This document shows positions 40,259 to 49,638 of a DNA stretch of 62,334 nt, one piece after another (within the stretch, counting starts at the first letter, position 1; every line of letters begins with the position of its first letter). Source of the stretch: Gaiellaceae bacterium (lineage in GTDB: Bacteria; Actinomycetota; Thermoleophilia; Gaiellales; Gaiellaceae); the NCBI GenBank assembly GCA_035525905.1, contig DATLDK010000087.1, positions 1 through 62,334 of the forward strand, written 5' to 3'. The translations under genes were made by a program, and so were the position numbers. The notes under the pieces are model-generated. The model was not told where the DNA came from. It ran no database searches and saw nothing but the letters and a program-made list of their open reading frames with translations.

Positions 40259-41166
40259 CACCAGCCCGAGACCGACCAGACCTCGGACCGCAGCCGGGCC
40301 GCCTCGGCGCCGGCGGCCGAGCGCCAGTCCTCGGCGCCGCCGCGGTAGGCGAAGATCACGGAGCGTGAGGCCGTCACGAGTGCGCTGGCCGGTCCGCTCG
40401 TGAACGCGCGGGCGACGTCGCGTGGGCCTGCCCCCTGTGCGCCGATGCCCGGTAGGAGCAGAACCGAGCGCGGCAGCAGCCGACGCGCCTCCGTGACCAC
40501 TCGAGGCGCCGTCGCGCCGACGACGGCGCCGACGCTCGACAGCCCACGCTCGCCGACGAGGTCCGCTCCCCAGGCAGCGACGAGCTCCGCCATTTGCTGC
40601 CAGACGCGCCGCCCGTCGGAGAGAGTGAGCTCTTGGACATCGGTGGCACCGGCGTTCGACGTGCGCACGAGGCAGAAGATGCCCGCCCCGTGCAGTCGGC
40701 ACGCCTGCAGGAACGGCTCGACCGAGTCCCCGCCGAGGTAGGTGTTCACGGTCAGCGCGTCTGCGAGCGGCTCCTCCGCGTCGCGCGGCTCGAGGTAGGC
40801 CGCTGCATAGGCGCGAGCGGTGGAGCCGATGTCCCCCCGCTTGCCGTCGGCGATCACGAGCACGCCGGCCGCGCGGGCGTAGCCGCTCACGCGCTCCAAC
40901 GCCGCCATCCCGTCGGAGCCGAGTGCCTCGAAGAACGCCACTTGCGGCTTGACGGCGACGACGTAGGGGCTCACCGCGTCCACGATCCCGCAGCAGAAGC
41001 GGGCGACCGCGTTCGCGGCGGCAGCACGGCCGAGCACGGCCTCGCCGCGCAGCTCCACCGGGAGCAGGTCGAGACGTGGATCCAGCCCGACGACGAGCTG
41101 GCTGCGCTTGCGCTCGACCGCCTCCGCGAGCCGGTCGGCGAAGGTCGCGGTGGCCACGGACGCCAT
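40258..41166 (-). CDS. pyrF: orotidine 5'-phosphate decarboxylase (type 2)
   Basis: 302-aa ORF with LVVGLDP and IADGKRGDIGST. Confidence 0.9.
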   Translation of the reverse strand: MASVATATFADRLAEAVERKRSQLVVGLDPRLDLLPVELRGEAVLGRAAAANAVARFCCGIVDAVSPYVVAVKPQVAFFEALGSDGMAALERVSGYARAAGVLVIADGKRGDIGSTARAYAAAYLEPRDAEEPLADALTVNTYLGGDSVEPFLQACRLHGAGIFCLVRTSNAGATDVQELTLSDGRRVWQQMAELVAAWGADLVGERGLSSVGAVVGATAPRVVTEARRLLPRSVLLLPGIGAQGAGPRDVARAFTSGPASALVTASRSVIFAYRGGAEDWRSAAGAEAARLRSEVWSVSGW

Positions 41167-41175
41167 GAGGCAAGG

Positions 41176-42807
41176 CTACGCGGCTGCTCGGACCTCTGCG
41201 AGCGGGATGACGCGAAGCTCGGGCGGTGGCCGGCGCAGGATCCCTCCGATCAGGAGCAGCTCGTCCGCGTCTGCGGGGTCGAGCGACGCTTCCGAGCGCG
41301 CCACGGCCGCGAGCCCTGCCTCCAGCTCGAGCCGCCCTCCCTCGCCGGCCAGCAACGTCCGCGCCGCGACGACTCGTCCGCCCGAGATGAAGAACGCGCG
41401 CCGAAAGCCTGGCTCGGCCGCCGGCACGAGGAGGCACAGCTCGAGCGCCCGCAGGCGGTCGAGCTCGGCCAGCGCCCGTGCAATGTCCTCCAGCGCCGCA
41501 ATCCGGTCACGCAGCCGCGCGGCATCCTCGAAGCGGAGGTCGTGCGCCAGCCGCCTCAGCTTCGCGCGCAGCGCCGGCAGAGCATCGGCCGGCGCGCCGT
41601 CCCAGTCTCCGAGCGCACGCGCGGCGGCCTGCGCGCGCCGTCGGCTGTTCAGAGGTCCATGCGGTCCCGGCGTTTCGGTCACACACCAGCCGGCCCCGCG
41701 CCGGCGGAGGTAGACGTGGCGGTCGGGCCTCGTGCTTCGCGCGTTCGCCGGCGGGCGGAGCTCGCGGAGCAGACGGAGCTCCTCGAGCCCGGCCTCGAGC
41801 TCGGACCCGAGGACACGCCACTCGACGCGCTCCAGCGCGCCGAGCGCCGCCTCCACCGCCGGCCGCTGCCGGTCGGTGCGGAAGTACGAGCCCAGGCGGC
41901 TTCGCAGGTCGCGCGCCCGGCCGACGTAGAGCACCTGCTCGTTGCGGTCTCGGAAGAGGTAGACCCCGGGACTCGTCGGGGCCCCCGCGACGAGACTGCG
42001 CTTGCCAGCGAGCCGCCGGGCGCGTGGCGCGGAGAGATCAACGAGCTCGGCGACCGTCGTCGCACCCGTTTCCTGGGCGAGGCCGATCAGCGCGAGCAGG
42101 ATCTCCGCCGTGGCCTCGGCGTCCGCCAGTGCCCTGTGACACGGCTGCGCCGCCGTGCCGAAGAAATAGGCGAGCGACGAGAGCCCGACTCGCTTCTGGC
42201 GGCCCGCGAGCAGCCGGCGCGCGAGCCAGACGGTGTCGACGACGGGCGCCACGATCCGCCTGCCGGTGAGGCGCTCGACCTCCCGATCGAGGAACGCCAT
42301 GTCGAAGCGTGCGTTGTGCGCGACCAGCACGGCGTCGCCTGCGAACTCGAGGAAGCGGCGCATCGCCAGCTCGACCGGCGGCGCCCCGTGCAGCGCGCGT
42401 GGCTCGATCCCGGTCAGGGCGGCGATCGGAGCCGGCAAGGGGCGGCGCGGGTTGACGAGCGTCTCGAACCGCTCCTCGAGCTCGAGTTCACGTACCCGAA
42501 CCGCACCGATCTCGCAGATCGCGGACGTGCGGGGCGAGAGGCCGGTGGTCTCGAGGTCGACGACGACGTAGGTCGCATTCTCCAGCGCAACCGCTGCACC
42601 GGGCGCTTCCGCGAGGCCGACGCTGGCACCGCGCCAGGCGAGGCGTGCATCCCCGTCGACCACATCGGCGAGGAGCGACCGCGCAAGCCCGGTCGGCACG
42701 TGACGCAGCGCGTACAGCGTCTGCGCCGCTACCTCCGCGGGAACCGGCCCGTGCCTAGCCTCGACGAGCTCGACGAGGCGGTCGGCGGCGTCGAAGGAGA
42801 GCTGCAC
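41176..42807 (-). CDS. DEDDh 3'-5' exonuclease (DnaQ-like) fused to a GIY-YIG (UvrC/Cho-like) nuclease domain
   Basis: 543-aa ORF with Exo I (YVVVDLETTGL), HNARFDMAF, H..ALADAEA, and then GVYLFRDRNEQVLYVGRARDLRSRLGSYF. Confidence 0.8.
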   Translation of the reverse strand: MQLSFDAADRLVELVEARHGPVPAEVAAQTLYALRHVPTGLARSLLADVVDGDARLAWRGASVGLAEAPGAAVALENATYVVVDLETTGLSPRTSAICEIGAVRVRELELEERFETLVNPRRPLPAPIAALTGIEPRALHGAPPVELAMRRFLEFAGDAVLVAHNARFDMAFLDREVERLTGRRIVAPVVDTVWLARRLLAGRQKRVGLSSLAYFFGTAAQPCHRALADAEATAEILLALIGLAQETGATTVAELVDLSAPRARRLAGKRSLVAGAPTSPGVYLFRDRNEQVLYVGRARDLRSRLGSYFRTDRQRPAVEAALGALERVEWRVLGSELEAGLEELRLLRELRPPANARSTRPDRHVYLRRRGAGWCVTETPGPHGPLNSRRRAQAAARALGDWDGAPADALPALRAKLRRLAHDLRFEDAARLRDRIAALEDIARALAELDRLRALELCLLVPAAEPGFRRAFFISGGRVVAARTLLAGEGGRLELEAGLAAVARSEASLDPADADELLLIGGILRRPPPELRVIPLAEVRAAA

Positions 42808-42821
42808 CCCGCGAGCTTAGG

Positions 42822-42835
42822 CGAACATACGTTCG
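42822..42835 (-). promoter_or_regulatory. LexA/SOS box (CGAAC-N4-GTTCG)
   Basis: GGCGAACATACGTTCGCC is a perfect 7-bp-arm palindrome at 42820-42837. It lies 13-30 nt upstream of the GTG start of the exonuclease/GIY-YIG gene. Confidence 0.6.
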
Positions 42836-42846
42836 CCTGCAAGCGC

Positions 42847-42884
42847 AAAAAGAGGGCCGCTCCCAGGTAGCGGAGCGGCCCTCT
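42847..42884 (-). terminator. intrinsic terminator downstream of hup
   Basis: On the minus strand AGAGGGCCGCUCC pairs with GGAGCGGCCCUCU (13 bp, 8-nt loop) and is followed by UUUU. It lies 25 nt after the hup stop. Confidence 0.8.
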
Positions 42885-42909
42885 AATCCTCGGAGATGCA
42901 GCCGGGGCT

Positions 42910-43191
42910 CTACCCGCCCTTGACGGCCGCCTTCAGCTGACTACCGGCCGAGAACTTCGGCACGGTCGCCGCCGGGATATGCACCTTCTGGCTCGGGTTG
43001 CGCGGATTGACGCCCTCGCGCGCGGCCCGCTCGCTCGTGGAGAACTTGCCGAAACCCGTGAAGGTGATCGAGTCGCGCTTCTTCAAGGCGTCGGTCACGC
43101 AATCGAGGACGGCGTCCACCGCGGCACCCGCATCCCGCCGCGAAAGACTCGACTTCGCTGCGACCGCGTCAACGAACTCCTGTTTCGTCAC
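42910..43191 (-). CDS. hup: HU-family nucleoid-associated DNA-binding protein
   Basis: 93-aa ORF with GFGKFSTSERAAREGVNPRNPSQKVHIPA. A GTG start is preceded by an AAGGAG Shine-Dalgarno sequence. Confidence 0.9.
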   Translation of the reverse strand: MTKQEFVDAVAAKSSLSRRDAGAAVDAVLDCVTDALKKRDSITFTGFGKFSTSERAAREGVNPRNPSQKVHIPAATVPKFSAGSQLKAAVKGG

Positions 43192-43234
43192 TTGCGACTC
43201 CTTCTTTCGTGGGACGTACGCTTAAACCGCGGCA

Positions 43235-43263
43235 ACCCTAACAGCAGCGTCGGACTGCCTCAA
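43235..43263 (-). promoter_or_regulatory. candidate hup promoter (TTGAGG-N17-TAGGGT)
   Basis: On the minus strand a -35-like TTGAGG and a TANNNT-type -10 lie about 45-70 nt upstream of the hup start. This rests on sequence resemblance only. Confidence 0.3.
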
Positions 43264-43275
43264 CGGTTCTATGGC

Positions 43276-43827
43276 TCAACCATGCGGGTTTTGCATGCTC
43301 GTAGCGGCCGGAACGAGGTCGCTCGAGGTGTAGAGGGACCGCAGCCGAACGCCGAGGCGGGCCAACTCGTCTGCGCCTCCCTCCTCGCGGTCGACGACGC
43401 AGATGGCGTTGCGAACGACGAGCCCCGCCTCCCGCACGGCTTCGACGGCTTCGGCAAGCGCGCCTCCGGAGGTGACGACGTCCTCGATCAGGCAGACGAG
43501 CTCGCCCGCCTGGAACGGTCCCTCGAGGCGATTGGCGGTGCCGTACTCCTTGGCCGTATCCCGGACGATCAGGAACGGAAGTCCCGAGGCGAGGGACGCC
43601 GAGGCCGCGAGCGCGACGGCCCCGAGAGCGGGCCCAGCCAGGCGGATGGCGTCCGGCTCGTGCAAGCGGACCGCCGCCGCGAGGCGCTCGCCGAGCGGTC
43701 CGAGCAGCTCCGGCAGCGTCTCGAAGCGGTACTTGTCCAGGTAGTAGCTGGAGCGACGCCCGGAACGCAGGAGAAAGTCGCCTTCGAGCAGTGCGTGCTC
43801 GCGCAGGCGCGCGCCGAGCTCGTCCAT
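43276..43827 (-). CDS. pyrE: orotate phosphoribosyltransferase
   Basis: 183 aa from ATG 43827, with the PRPP loop VCLIEDVVTSGGA. Confidence 0.9.
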   Translation of the reverse strand: MDELGARLREHALLEGDFLLRSGRRSSYYLDKYRFETLPELLGPLGERLAAAVRLHEPDAIRLAGPALGAVALAASASLASGLPFLIVRDTAKEYGTANRLEGPFQAGELVCLIEDVVTSGGALAEAVEAVREAGLVVRNAICVVDREEGGADELARLGVRLRSLYTSSDLVPAATSMQNPHG

Positions 43828-43831
43828 GGGA

Positions 43832-44017
43832 TCAGAGCACGCCGCGTGCCACGGTGAGCAGGCGCTCGGCCTCGGGGGCGCCGCGCTCGAGCGTGACCAT
43901 GGAGCCGTCGGCGTAGTAGAGGTGGACACGCTCGCGGCGGACGCCACGGCGACGCGACAGGAACAGGATCGGCCCACCCACGAAGAGCAGGAGAGCGGCG
44001 AGCCTACGCATCGTCAT
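43832..44017 (-). CDS. small membrane-anchored hypothetical protein
   Basis: 61-aa ORF with an N-terminal TM segment (LAALLLFVGGPILFL). It is packed between the Roadblock-like gene and pyrE. Confidence 0.4.
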   Translation of the reverse strand: MTMRRLAALLLFVGGPILFLSRRRGVRRERVHLYYADGSMVTLERGAPEAERLLTVARGVL

Positions 44018-44405
44018 CGGACTTGGGCTTCGCGGCGCGTCGCTTCCGCGCCGGTGCAGGCTCCGACTCAGCGAGCGAGCGCAGGCATGTCTTCAGGTCG
44101 TAGAACACGAGGCCGGACGTGGGCTCGGGAGTCGTCGTCGCGACGATGCTCCGGCCGTTCTCCCGGGCGACGAAGACGCTCCCTTCCCGCAGGGCGGCCT
44201 CGAGCTGGGTCAGCTCGCGCCCGTTGGAGGCGGAGCGCTGCTCGGCCCCTTCGAGCAGGTCGAGGGCCGCACGCGCGATCCGCGCGCTGTGCTCCGGGTC
44301 GGCGAGCGTCGACGCGATCACCTCGCCGGCATCGTCGAGGACAACGGCTGCCTCCACCCGGGACGAGATCTCGGTCAGATCGGCGAGAGCGGCGGCTGCA
44401 TCCAT
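44004..44405 (-). CDS. Roadblock/LC7 (MglB-like) domain protein with basic C-terminal tail
   Basis: 133-aa ORF. The pattern AAVVLDDAGEVIAST ... GSVFVARENGRSIVATT ... GLVFYDLKTCL resembles Roadblock/LC7. This is a family-level guess. Confidence 0.45.
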   Translation of the reverse strand: MDAAAALADLTEISSRVEAAVVLDDAGEVIASTLADPEHSARIARAALDLLEGAEQRSASNGRELTQLEAALREGSVFVARENGRSIVATTTPEPTSGLVFYDLKTCLRSLAESEPAPARKRRAAKPKSDDDA

Positions 44406-44440
44406 CGAGGGAGACGCTAACAGAGGCCCATACTGCTGCT

Positions 44441-45256
44441 GTGCGCAGACCGTTCGCCCAGCCGCTCGCGAAGTTCTACGCCGACCGTGGCCCTCATCTG
44501 GCCGCCATGATCGCGTACTTCGGCCTGCTCTCGTCCGTCTCGCTGATCTTCCTCGCCCTCGCCCTGCTCGGCTTCACCGGTCGCGCCGAGGAGTCGAGCT
44601 ACCTCGTCCGCGAGCTCCAGCATCTCTTCCCCTCCCAATCGATCAACGACATCGTGCGGGTCGTCGACACGATCACCTCGAATGCCACGACGCTCGGGAT
44701 CATCGGGGGAGCAGCCCTCGTCTGGACCTCCTTGTCGCTCTTCAGCGTGCTCGAGTCGGCGTTCAACATCGTCTACGGGCGCCCGAACCGCTCCTTTTTG
44801 AGGGGCAAGTTCCTCGCGACGCTGTTCATGGCGGGGTCGATGGTCGTGCTTTTCGTGGCCCTCGTCGTCGGATCGGTCGGCTACGACTTCCTGAAGCGGT
44901 TCGCTCCCGGCTTCGTCGCCAACGCCGTCGTCGCCTACGGCGCGTCCGTCGTCGTATCGACCGCAGCCGTCTTCGTCTTCCTCGTCGTCGCCTATGAGCG
45001 GCTGACCAACGCCAACCTCTCGTTGCGGGAGGTCTGGTCGGGCGCGTTGATCGGAGCCGTCCTCCTGCAGGGCTCCTTCCAAGTGCTGCCGCTCTTCGTT
45101 CGTTTCTCGAGCGAGGTGGTGGCGGTGCAGGCGCTCGGCGCGACGGCGCTCCTCCTCGTGTGGCTCTACGTGATGGCGAACGCAATCGTCTTCGGCGCCG
45201 AGGTGAACTGGTCGTACGGCCGCCGCGAAGAGGACGACGTCGACGGCCTGGCCTAG
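44441..45256 (+). CDS. YihY/BrkB-family membrane protein
   Basis: From GTG 44441, with LAAMIAYFGLLS and about 6 TM segments. The C-terminal VFGAEVN is typical of the family. Confidence 0.8.
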   Translation: MRRPFAQPLAKFYADRGPHLAAMIAYFGLLSSVSLIFLALALLGFTGRAEESSYLVRELQHLFPSQSINDIVRVVDTITSNATTLGIIGGAALVWTSLSLFSVLESAFNIVYGRPNRSFLRGKFLATLFMAGSMVVLFVALVVGSVGYDFLKRFAPGFVANAVVAYGASVVVSTAAVFVFLVVAYERLTNANLSLREVWSGALIGAVLLQGSFQVLPLFVRFSSEVVAVQALGATALLLVWLYVMANAIVFGAEVNWSYGRREEDDVDGLA

Positions 45257-45810
45257 TTCCCGGGCTTCAGGGCGGCGGCGGCGCGGGCACGGTGCGAGTG
45301 CTGACGCTTCCAGGCGTCCCCCAGCTGGGCCACGGTCCGCTCCTCTCCTTCGGGGATGAAGACCGGGTCGTACCCGAACCCCTGGCTCCCGTGGCGCTCG
45401 GTCGCGATCGAGCCCTCGAGCGTGCCGATGCCTCGGCGCTCCTGGCCGTCGGGGGTGAGCGCGACGAGCTCGCAGACGTAGCGCGCGCCGCGGTCGACGA
45501 CGCCGTCGAGCTCCTGCAGCAGCTTCCCTACGCCGTCCTCGGCCCAGCGCGCAGACGCGATTCCGGGCCGCCCACCGAGAGCGGCGACCTCGATGCCGGA
45601 ATCCTCACCGAGCGTCCAGATGCCCGGGTCGCCGACCCGGCGGCCGAAGTCGGCCTTCGCCCGCGCGTTCTCGTAGTAGCTCTCGCCGACCTCCTCGGGA
45701 AACGGCTCCGCGGTCTCCAGCAGCACGAGCTCCCAGTCCGGTAGCGCCGCCCTGAGCTCGTCGAGCTTGTGCACGTTCTCGGATGCGAGCCGTGCCCTTA
45801 CGGGCGCCAC
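45253..45810 (-). CDS. rdgB: non-canonical purine NTP pyrophosphatase (RdgB/HAM1)
   Basis: 185-aa ORF with ASENVHKLDEL and GFGYDPVFIPEG. Confidence 0.85.
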   Translation of the reverse strand: MAPVRARLASENVHKLDELRAALPDWELVLLETAEPFPEEVGESYYENARAKADFGRRVGDPGIWTLGEDSGIEVAALGGRPGIASARWAEDGVGKLLQELDGVVDRGARYVCELVALTPDGQERRGIGTLEGSIATERHGSQGFGYDPVFIPEGEERTVAQLGDAWKRQHSHRARAAAALKPGN

Positions 45811-46472
45811 TGCAGATGCTCGACGTCCTCGAGCGAGTTGACCTTCTCCGCGACGCGCGCGGACTCCGACCGACGTAGCGCACGCAGGACGACGTCGACC
45901 GTGCGGTCGTCCCCGAACTCGACGTAGGAGATCTGCGCGCCCAGCTTCTCGATCGCCTCGAGCACGCGCGTCGCCTCGCCCTCCGGCGCCAGCCGGATGC
46001 CGAGCTCCGCCTCCTCGGGGCGGACCCGCGAGACGAGGCGCGAGCTGACCAGCTTGAGCGGGCCGAGGGAGATGAGCACCAGCGCCGCGGCGAACACCGC
46101 GACCGCGTAGTAGCCCGTGGCGCTAGCCATCCCGATCGCGGCGACGACCCAGAGCGTGGCGGCGGTGGTCAGGCCGCGAACGGAGATCCCGCGGACGATG
46201 ATCGCGCCGGCGCCGAGGAAGCCGATCCCGGTCACGATCTGCGCCGCGATCCTGGTCGGGTCGTAGACGACGCCGGAGGCGTTCGAGAACGTCCAGTCCC
46301 CCCAACCGTAGGCCGAGACCAGGGTGAAGACGCAGGCGCCGAGCGAGACGATCAGGTGGGTGCGGAAGCCAGCCTCGTGGTCGCGGAGCTCACGCTCGAG
46401 CCCGATCGCTCCTCCAAGCCCGGCCGCGATCAACAGCCGGACGAGCGCCTCGGTGGTGGAGAGGTCAGGCAC
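45798..46472 (-). CDS. MgtC/SapB-family membrane protein with C-terminal ACT-like domain
   Basis: From GTG 46472, with [20 protein letters not shown]. The start overlaps the rph stop by 8 nt. Confidence 0.8.
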   Translation of the reverse strand: MPDLSTTEALVRLLIAAGLGGAIGLERELRDHEAGFRTHLIVSLGACVFTLVSAYGWGDWTFSNASGVVYDPTRIAAQIVTGIGFLGAGAIIVRGISVRGLTTAATLWVVAAIGMASATGYYAVAVFAAALVLISLGPLKLVSSRLVSRVRPEEAELGIRLAPEGEATRVLEAIEKLGAQISYVEFGDDRTVDVVLRALRRSESARVAEKVNSLEDVEHLQWRP

Positions 46473-47181
46473 GTTCGACCGCGATCGCGTCGTTCTGCGC
46501 CACCATGATCTCCTCGATCCCGCCCGACGCAAGGTCGAGCAGGTCGTCGAGAAGCTCCCGCGAGAAGGGGTCCCGCTCGGCGGTTGCCTGGACCTCGACG
46601 AGCCGCCCGTCGGCCGTCATGACGACGTTCATGTCCGTCTCCGCCGTCGAGTCCTCGGAGTAGTCGAGATCGAGCAGCGCACGCCCGTCGACGACACCCA
46701 CCGAGACGGCGGCGACCTGGCCGGTCAGCGCTTTCGAAAGCCCGAACCGTTCGAGCGCGCGGCGGGCCGCGACGTATGCGCCCGAGATGGCGGCGCAGCG
46801 AGTGCCGCCGTCGGCCTGGAGGACGTCGCAGTCGAGCCAGAGCGTCCGTTCCCCGAGCGCCTCGTAGTCGCAGACCGAGCGGAGCGCGCGGCCGATCAGG
46901 CGCTGGATCTCGATCGTGCGACCACCCTGCTTCCCGCGCGCAGCCTCGCGTTCGACCCTTTCTCCGGTCGAGGCCGGGAGCAGGGAGTACTCGGCCGTCA
47001 TCCAGCCGCGGCCGGAGCGCTGCAGCCAGCGCGGGACGCGCTCCTCCACGGTCGCCGTGCACAGGACGCGCGTCTTGCCCTGCGAGTAGAGCACCGATCC
47101 GTTCGCGAGCTCGATGAAGTCCGCGACGAGGTCGAGCGGGCGGAGCTGGTCGTCGCGGGCCCGCCCGTCGTTCCGGCTCAT
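46465..47181 (-). CDS. rph: ribonuclease PH
   Basis: 238-aa ORF with [10 protein letters not shown] and [11 protein letters not shown]. Confidence 0.95.
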   Translation of the reverse strand: MSRNDGRARDDQLRPLDLVADFIELANGSVLYSQGKTRVLCTATVEERVPRWLQRSGRGWMTAEYSLLPASTGERVEREAARGKQGGRTIEIQRLIGRALRSVCDYEALGERTLWLDCDVLQADGGTRCAAISGAYVAARRALERFGLSKALTGQVAAVSVGVVDGRALLDLDYSEDSTAETDMNVVMTADGRLVEVQATAERDPFSRELLDDLLDLASGGIEEIMVAQNDAIAVERA

Positions 47182-47996
47182 GCCGCAGCCTCGAGTGTCG
47201 CGAGCTTCACTCGCTCGACCGTGTCGATCGGGAGCTGGAGGAACCGCCGCCCCATCTCGCGGAACGAATCCGGATCGCCGGTGGTCAAGAAGCGGTAGGC
47301 GCCCTCGCGGCCGCCCTCGCGGTCGATCCGCTTCCGGGCGAGCGTCTCGGCCACCTCGCGGGCGGTCTCGTCGGCCGAGAAGACGAGTGTCACGTCACGG
47401 CCGAAGACCCGCTGCAGGATCGGCCGGATCAGTGGGTAGTGCGTGCAGCCGAGGATGACGGTGTCGACAGCGGCTGCCTTCAGCGGCGAGGCGTACTCAC
47501 GTACGGCCTCGGCCGTCTCCTCGGCGAATGGGTCGTCGCCTTCGATCAGCGGCACCAGCCGAGGGCAGGCCACGGGGACGACCTGCGCGCCCGCGTCGAG
47601 CGCGTGAACGAGCTGCTCGTAGCGTCCGCTGGAAACGGTTGCCTGCGTCGCCAGCAGGCCGATCCGACGGTTGCGGGTCGCCTGTACCGCGGCGTGTGCC
47701 TCGGGCGCGATCACGCCCACGACGGGCACGTGCAGCTCGGTCTGGAGCTCCGGCAACGCAGCGGCCGTCGCCGAGTTGCACGCGACCACCACGAGCTTGA
47801 CGCCCTGCGCCTCCAGGAACGAACCGATTTCCCGGGCGAAGCGGCGCACCTCGTCCAGTGGGCGGGGCCCGTAGGGGAGCCGCGCGCCGTCGCCGAGGTA
47901 GAGGAAATCCTCGTGGGGCAGCGTGACCAGGCACTCGTGCAGAACCGTGAGGCCGCCGACCCCCGAGTCGAACACCCCGATCGGCCGCTCGTCCAT
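47178..47996 (-). CDS. murI: glutamate racemase
   Basis: From ATG 47996, with [20 protein letters not shown] and LGCTHYPL. Confidence 0.9.
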   Translation of the reverse strand: MDERPIGVFDSGVGGLTVLHECLVTLPHEDFLYLGDGARLPYGPRPLDEVRRFAREIGSFLEAQGVKLVVVACNSATAAALPELQTELHVPVVGVIAPEAHAAVQATRNRRIGLLATQATVSSGRYEQLVHALDAGAQVVPVACPRLVPLIEGDDPFAEETAEAVREYASPLKAAAVDTVILGCTHYPLIRPILQRVFGRDVTLVFSADETAREVAETLARKRIDREGGREGAYRFLTTGDPDSFREMGRRFLQLPIDTVERVKLATLEAAA

Positions 47997-48038
47997 GCGC
48001 GGGATTGTAGGGAGGCAGGGAGTCGGTAGGCTCGGCCG

Positions 48039-48707
48039 GTGCAGGTGCTCGCTCTCACACACGGCCCGAGCGTTGGGCCGGGAGTCTTCCAGGACGCCGT
48101 CCGCGACGGTGGGCACGACCTGCTGGAGTGCCAGGTCCCGGTCGACGGCCTACCGAGGGAGCCCGCGCAGGCTGTGCTCGTCCTCGGTGGCGCGATGCAC
48201 CCCGACGAGGACGAGCAGCACGCCTGGTTGCGGCCGGAGCTCGACTATCTCCGAGGCCTGCTGGACGATGGCACACCCGTACTCGGCGTCTGCCTCGGCT
48301 CCCAGCTCCTCGCCCGAGCCGCCGGCGCGACCGTGTATCGCTCGGCGGAGCCGGAAGTCGGGTGGCTGCCGGTCGAGCTGACGGACGCCGCCGCCGGGGA
48401 TCCCGTCGCGGCCTCGCTCCCGGAGCGCTTCGAGGCGTTCCAGTGGCACCACTACACGCACGAGCTCCCCGCTGGCGCAGTGGAGCTGGCGCGGAGCAGC
48501 GTCTGCACCCAGGCCTTCCGCCTCGGGAACGCGTGGGGCGTGCAGTTCCACCCCGAGGTACGGTCCGCGCAGGTCGATGCCTGGCTCGGCGAGGACCCGG
48601 CCGACGTCGTCGACCCGCAAGCGCTCCGGGAAGCGACGCGGGAGCGGATCGCGGCCTGGAACGACCTCGGTCGGGGCCTCTGCGCGGCGTTTCTCGCGGC
48701 GGTTTAG
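48039..48707 (+). CDS. class-I glutamine amidotransferase-like protein
   Basis: 222-aa ORF with LGVCLGSQLLA (nucleophile elbow) and QFHPE. Confidence 0.75.
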   Translation: MQVLALTHGPSVGPGVFQDAVRDGGHDLLECQVPVDGLPREPAQAVLVLGGAMHPDEDEQHAWLRPELDYLRGLLDDGTPVLGVCLGSQLLARAAGATVYRSAEPEVGWLPVELTDAAAGDPVAASLPERFEAFQWHHYTHELPAGAVELARSSVCTQAFRLGNAWGVQFHPEVRSAQVDAWLGEDPADVVDPQALREATRERIAAWNDLGRGLCAAFLAAV

Positions 48708-49066
48708 CCCAGCTCGGCCGGCAGCGACTCGTCGCGCGACCACTCGTGCCACGAGCCCCGGTAGTTGGACGCGCGGTAGCCGAGCGAGCGGAGGATGTCG
48801 GCCGCGAGCTCGGAACGAGAGCCCGAATGGCAGTACGTCACGACCTCTAGGGCCTCCGGAGGCCCGAGGCGCTCGCGGATCTGCTCCGGCGTGAAGGCGA
48901 GCAGCTCCTGAAGATCGAAGTGCCGCGCGCCGGGGATCCGTCCCGGCCGGGGATCGCATGGCGCGGCCACCTCACCCGTGTACTCACCAGCGCTGCGCAC
49001 GTCGAGCACGACGTAGCGCTCCTCCTCCAGCCGCCGGGCGATTTCCTCCAGGGTCACGTCGCTCAC
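48704..49066 (-). CDS. rhodanese-domain sulfurtransferase
   Basis: 120 aa from GTG 49066, with the active-site loop YCHSGSRS. The start overlaps the upstream stop (GTGA). Confidence 0.8.
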   Translation of the reverse strand: MSDVTLEEIARRLEEERYVVLDVRSAGEYTGEVAAPCDPRPGRIPGARHFDLQELLAFTPEQIRERLGPPEALEVVTYCHSGSRSELAADILRSLGYRASNYRGSWHEWSRDESLPAELG

Positions 49067-49638
49067 AGCGAGGCGACCAGCTGGAGCTCGGCGGCGACGG
49101 ACGGCCGCTCGGACGCGCGCTCGAGCCACGCGGCGAGAGCCGGCCAGGCCTCCAGCGGGATCCCGAGCATGTCTCGGGCGCGCACGACCCAGGGAAGGAA
49201 CGCGATGTCTGCGAGCCCGAACGCGCGGCCCGAGAGCCAGGTGGAGCGCTGCAGCAGCTCGTCGAGAAAGCCCAGCTCGGCCTCGAAGCGCTGCTGCGCC
49301 CCCTCCTCGCCGCGCCGGAGCCCGTAGTACGGCGTCGAGAAGTCGTCGAAGCGGAAGACGAGCAAGCGTCCGGCCGCGCGCTCGCCGGGATCGTCGGGCC
49401 AGAGCGGCGGCTCCGGGTGACGCTCGTTGAGGAACTCGTTGATCACGGCGGACTCGGGGAGAATCCAGCCGTCCTCCTCGACCACGGGCACCTTGCCGGC
49501 CGGGTTCTTCTCGTACAGCCAGCCGGGACGGTCGGCCAGGTCGATCTCGATCGGGTCGTAGGGAATGCCCTTCTCGGCCAGGGCGATGCGCACGCGCGCG
49601 CAATAGGGACAGCGCGCAGCGTCGTAGAGCGTGATCAC
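49063..49638 (-). CDS. glutathione S-transferase-family protein with glutaredoxin-like CPYC N-terminus
   Basis: 191 aa from GTG 49638, starting ITLYDAARCPYCARVRIAL. KVPVVEEDG..ESAVINEFL is present. The start overlaps the upstream stop (GTGA). Confidence 0.75.
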   Translation of the reverse strand: MITLYDAARCPYCARVRIALAEKGIPYDPIEIDLADRPGWLYEKNPAGKVPVVEEDGWILPESAVINEFLNERHPEPPLWPDDPGERAAGRLLVFRFDDFSTPYYGLRRGEEGAQQRFEAELGFLDELLQRSTWLSGRAFGLADIAFLPWVVRARDMLGIPLEAWPALAAWLERASERPSVAAELQLVASL

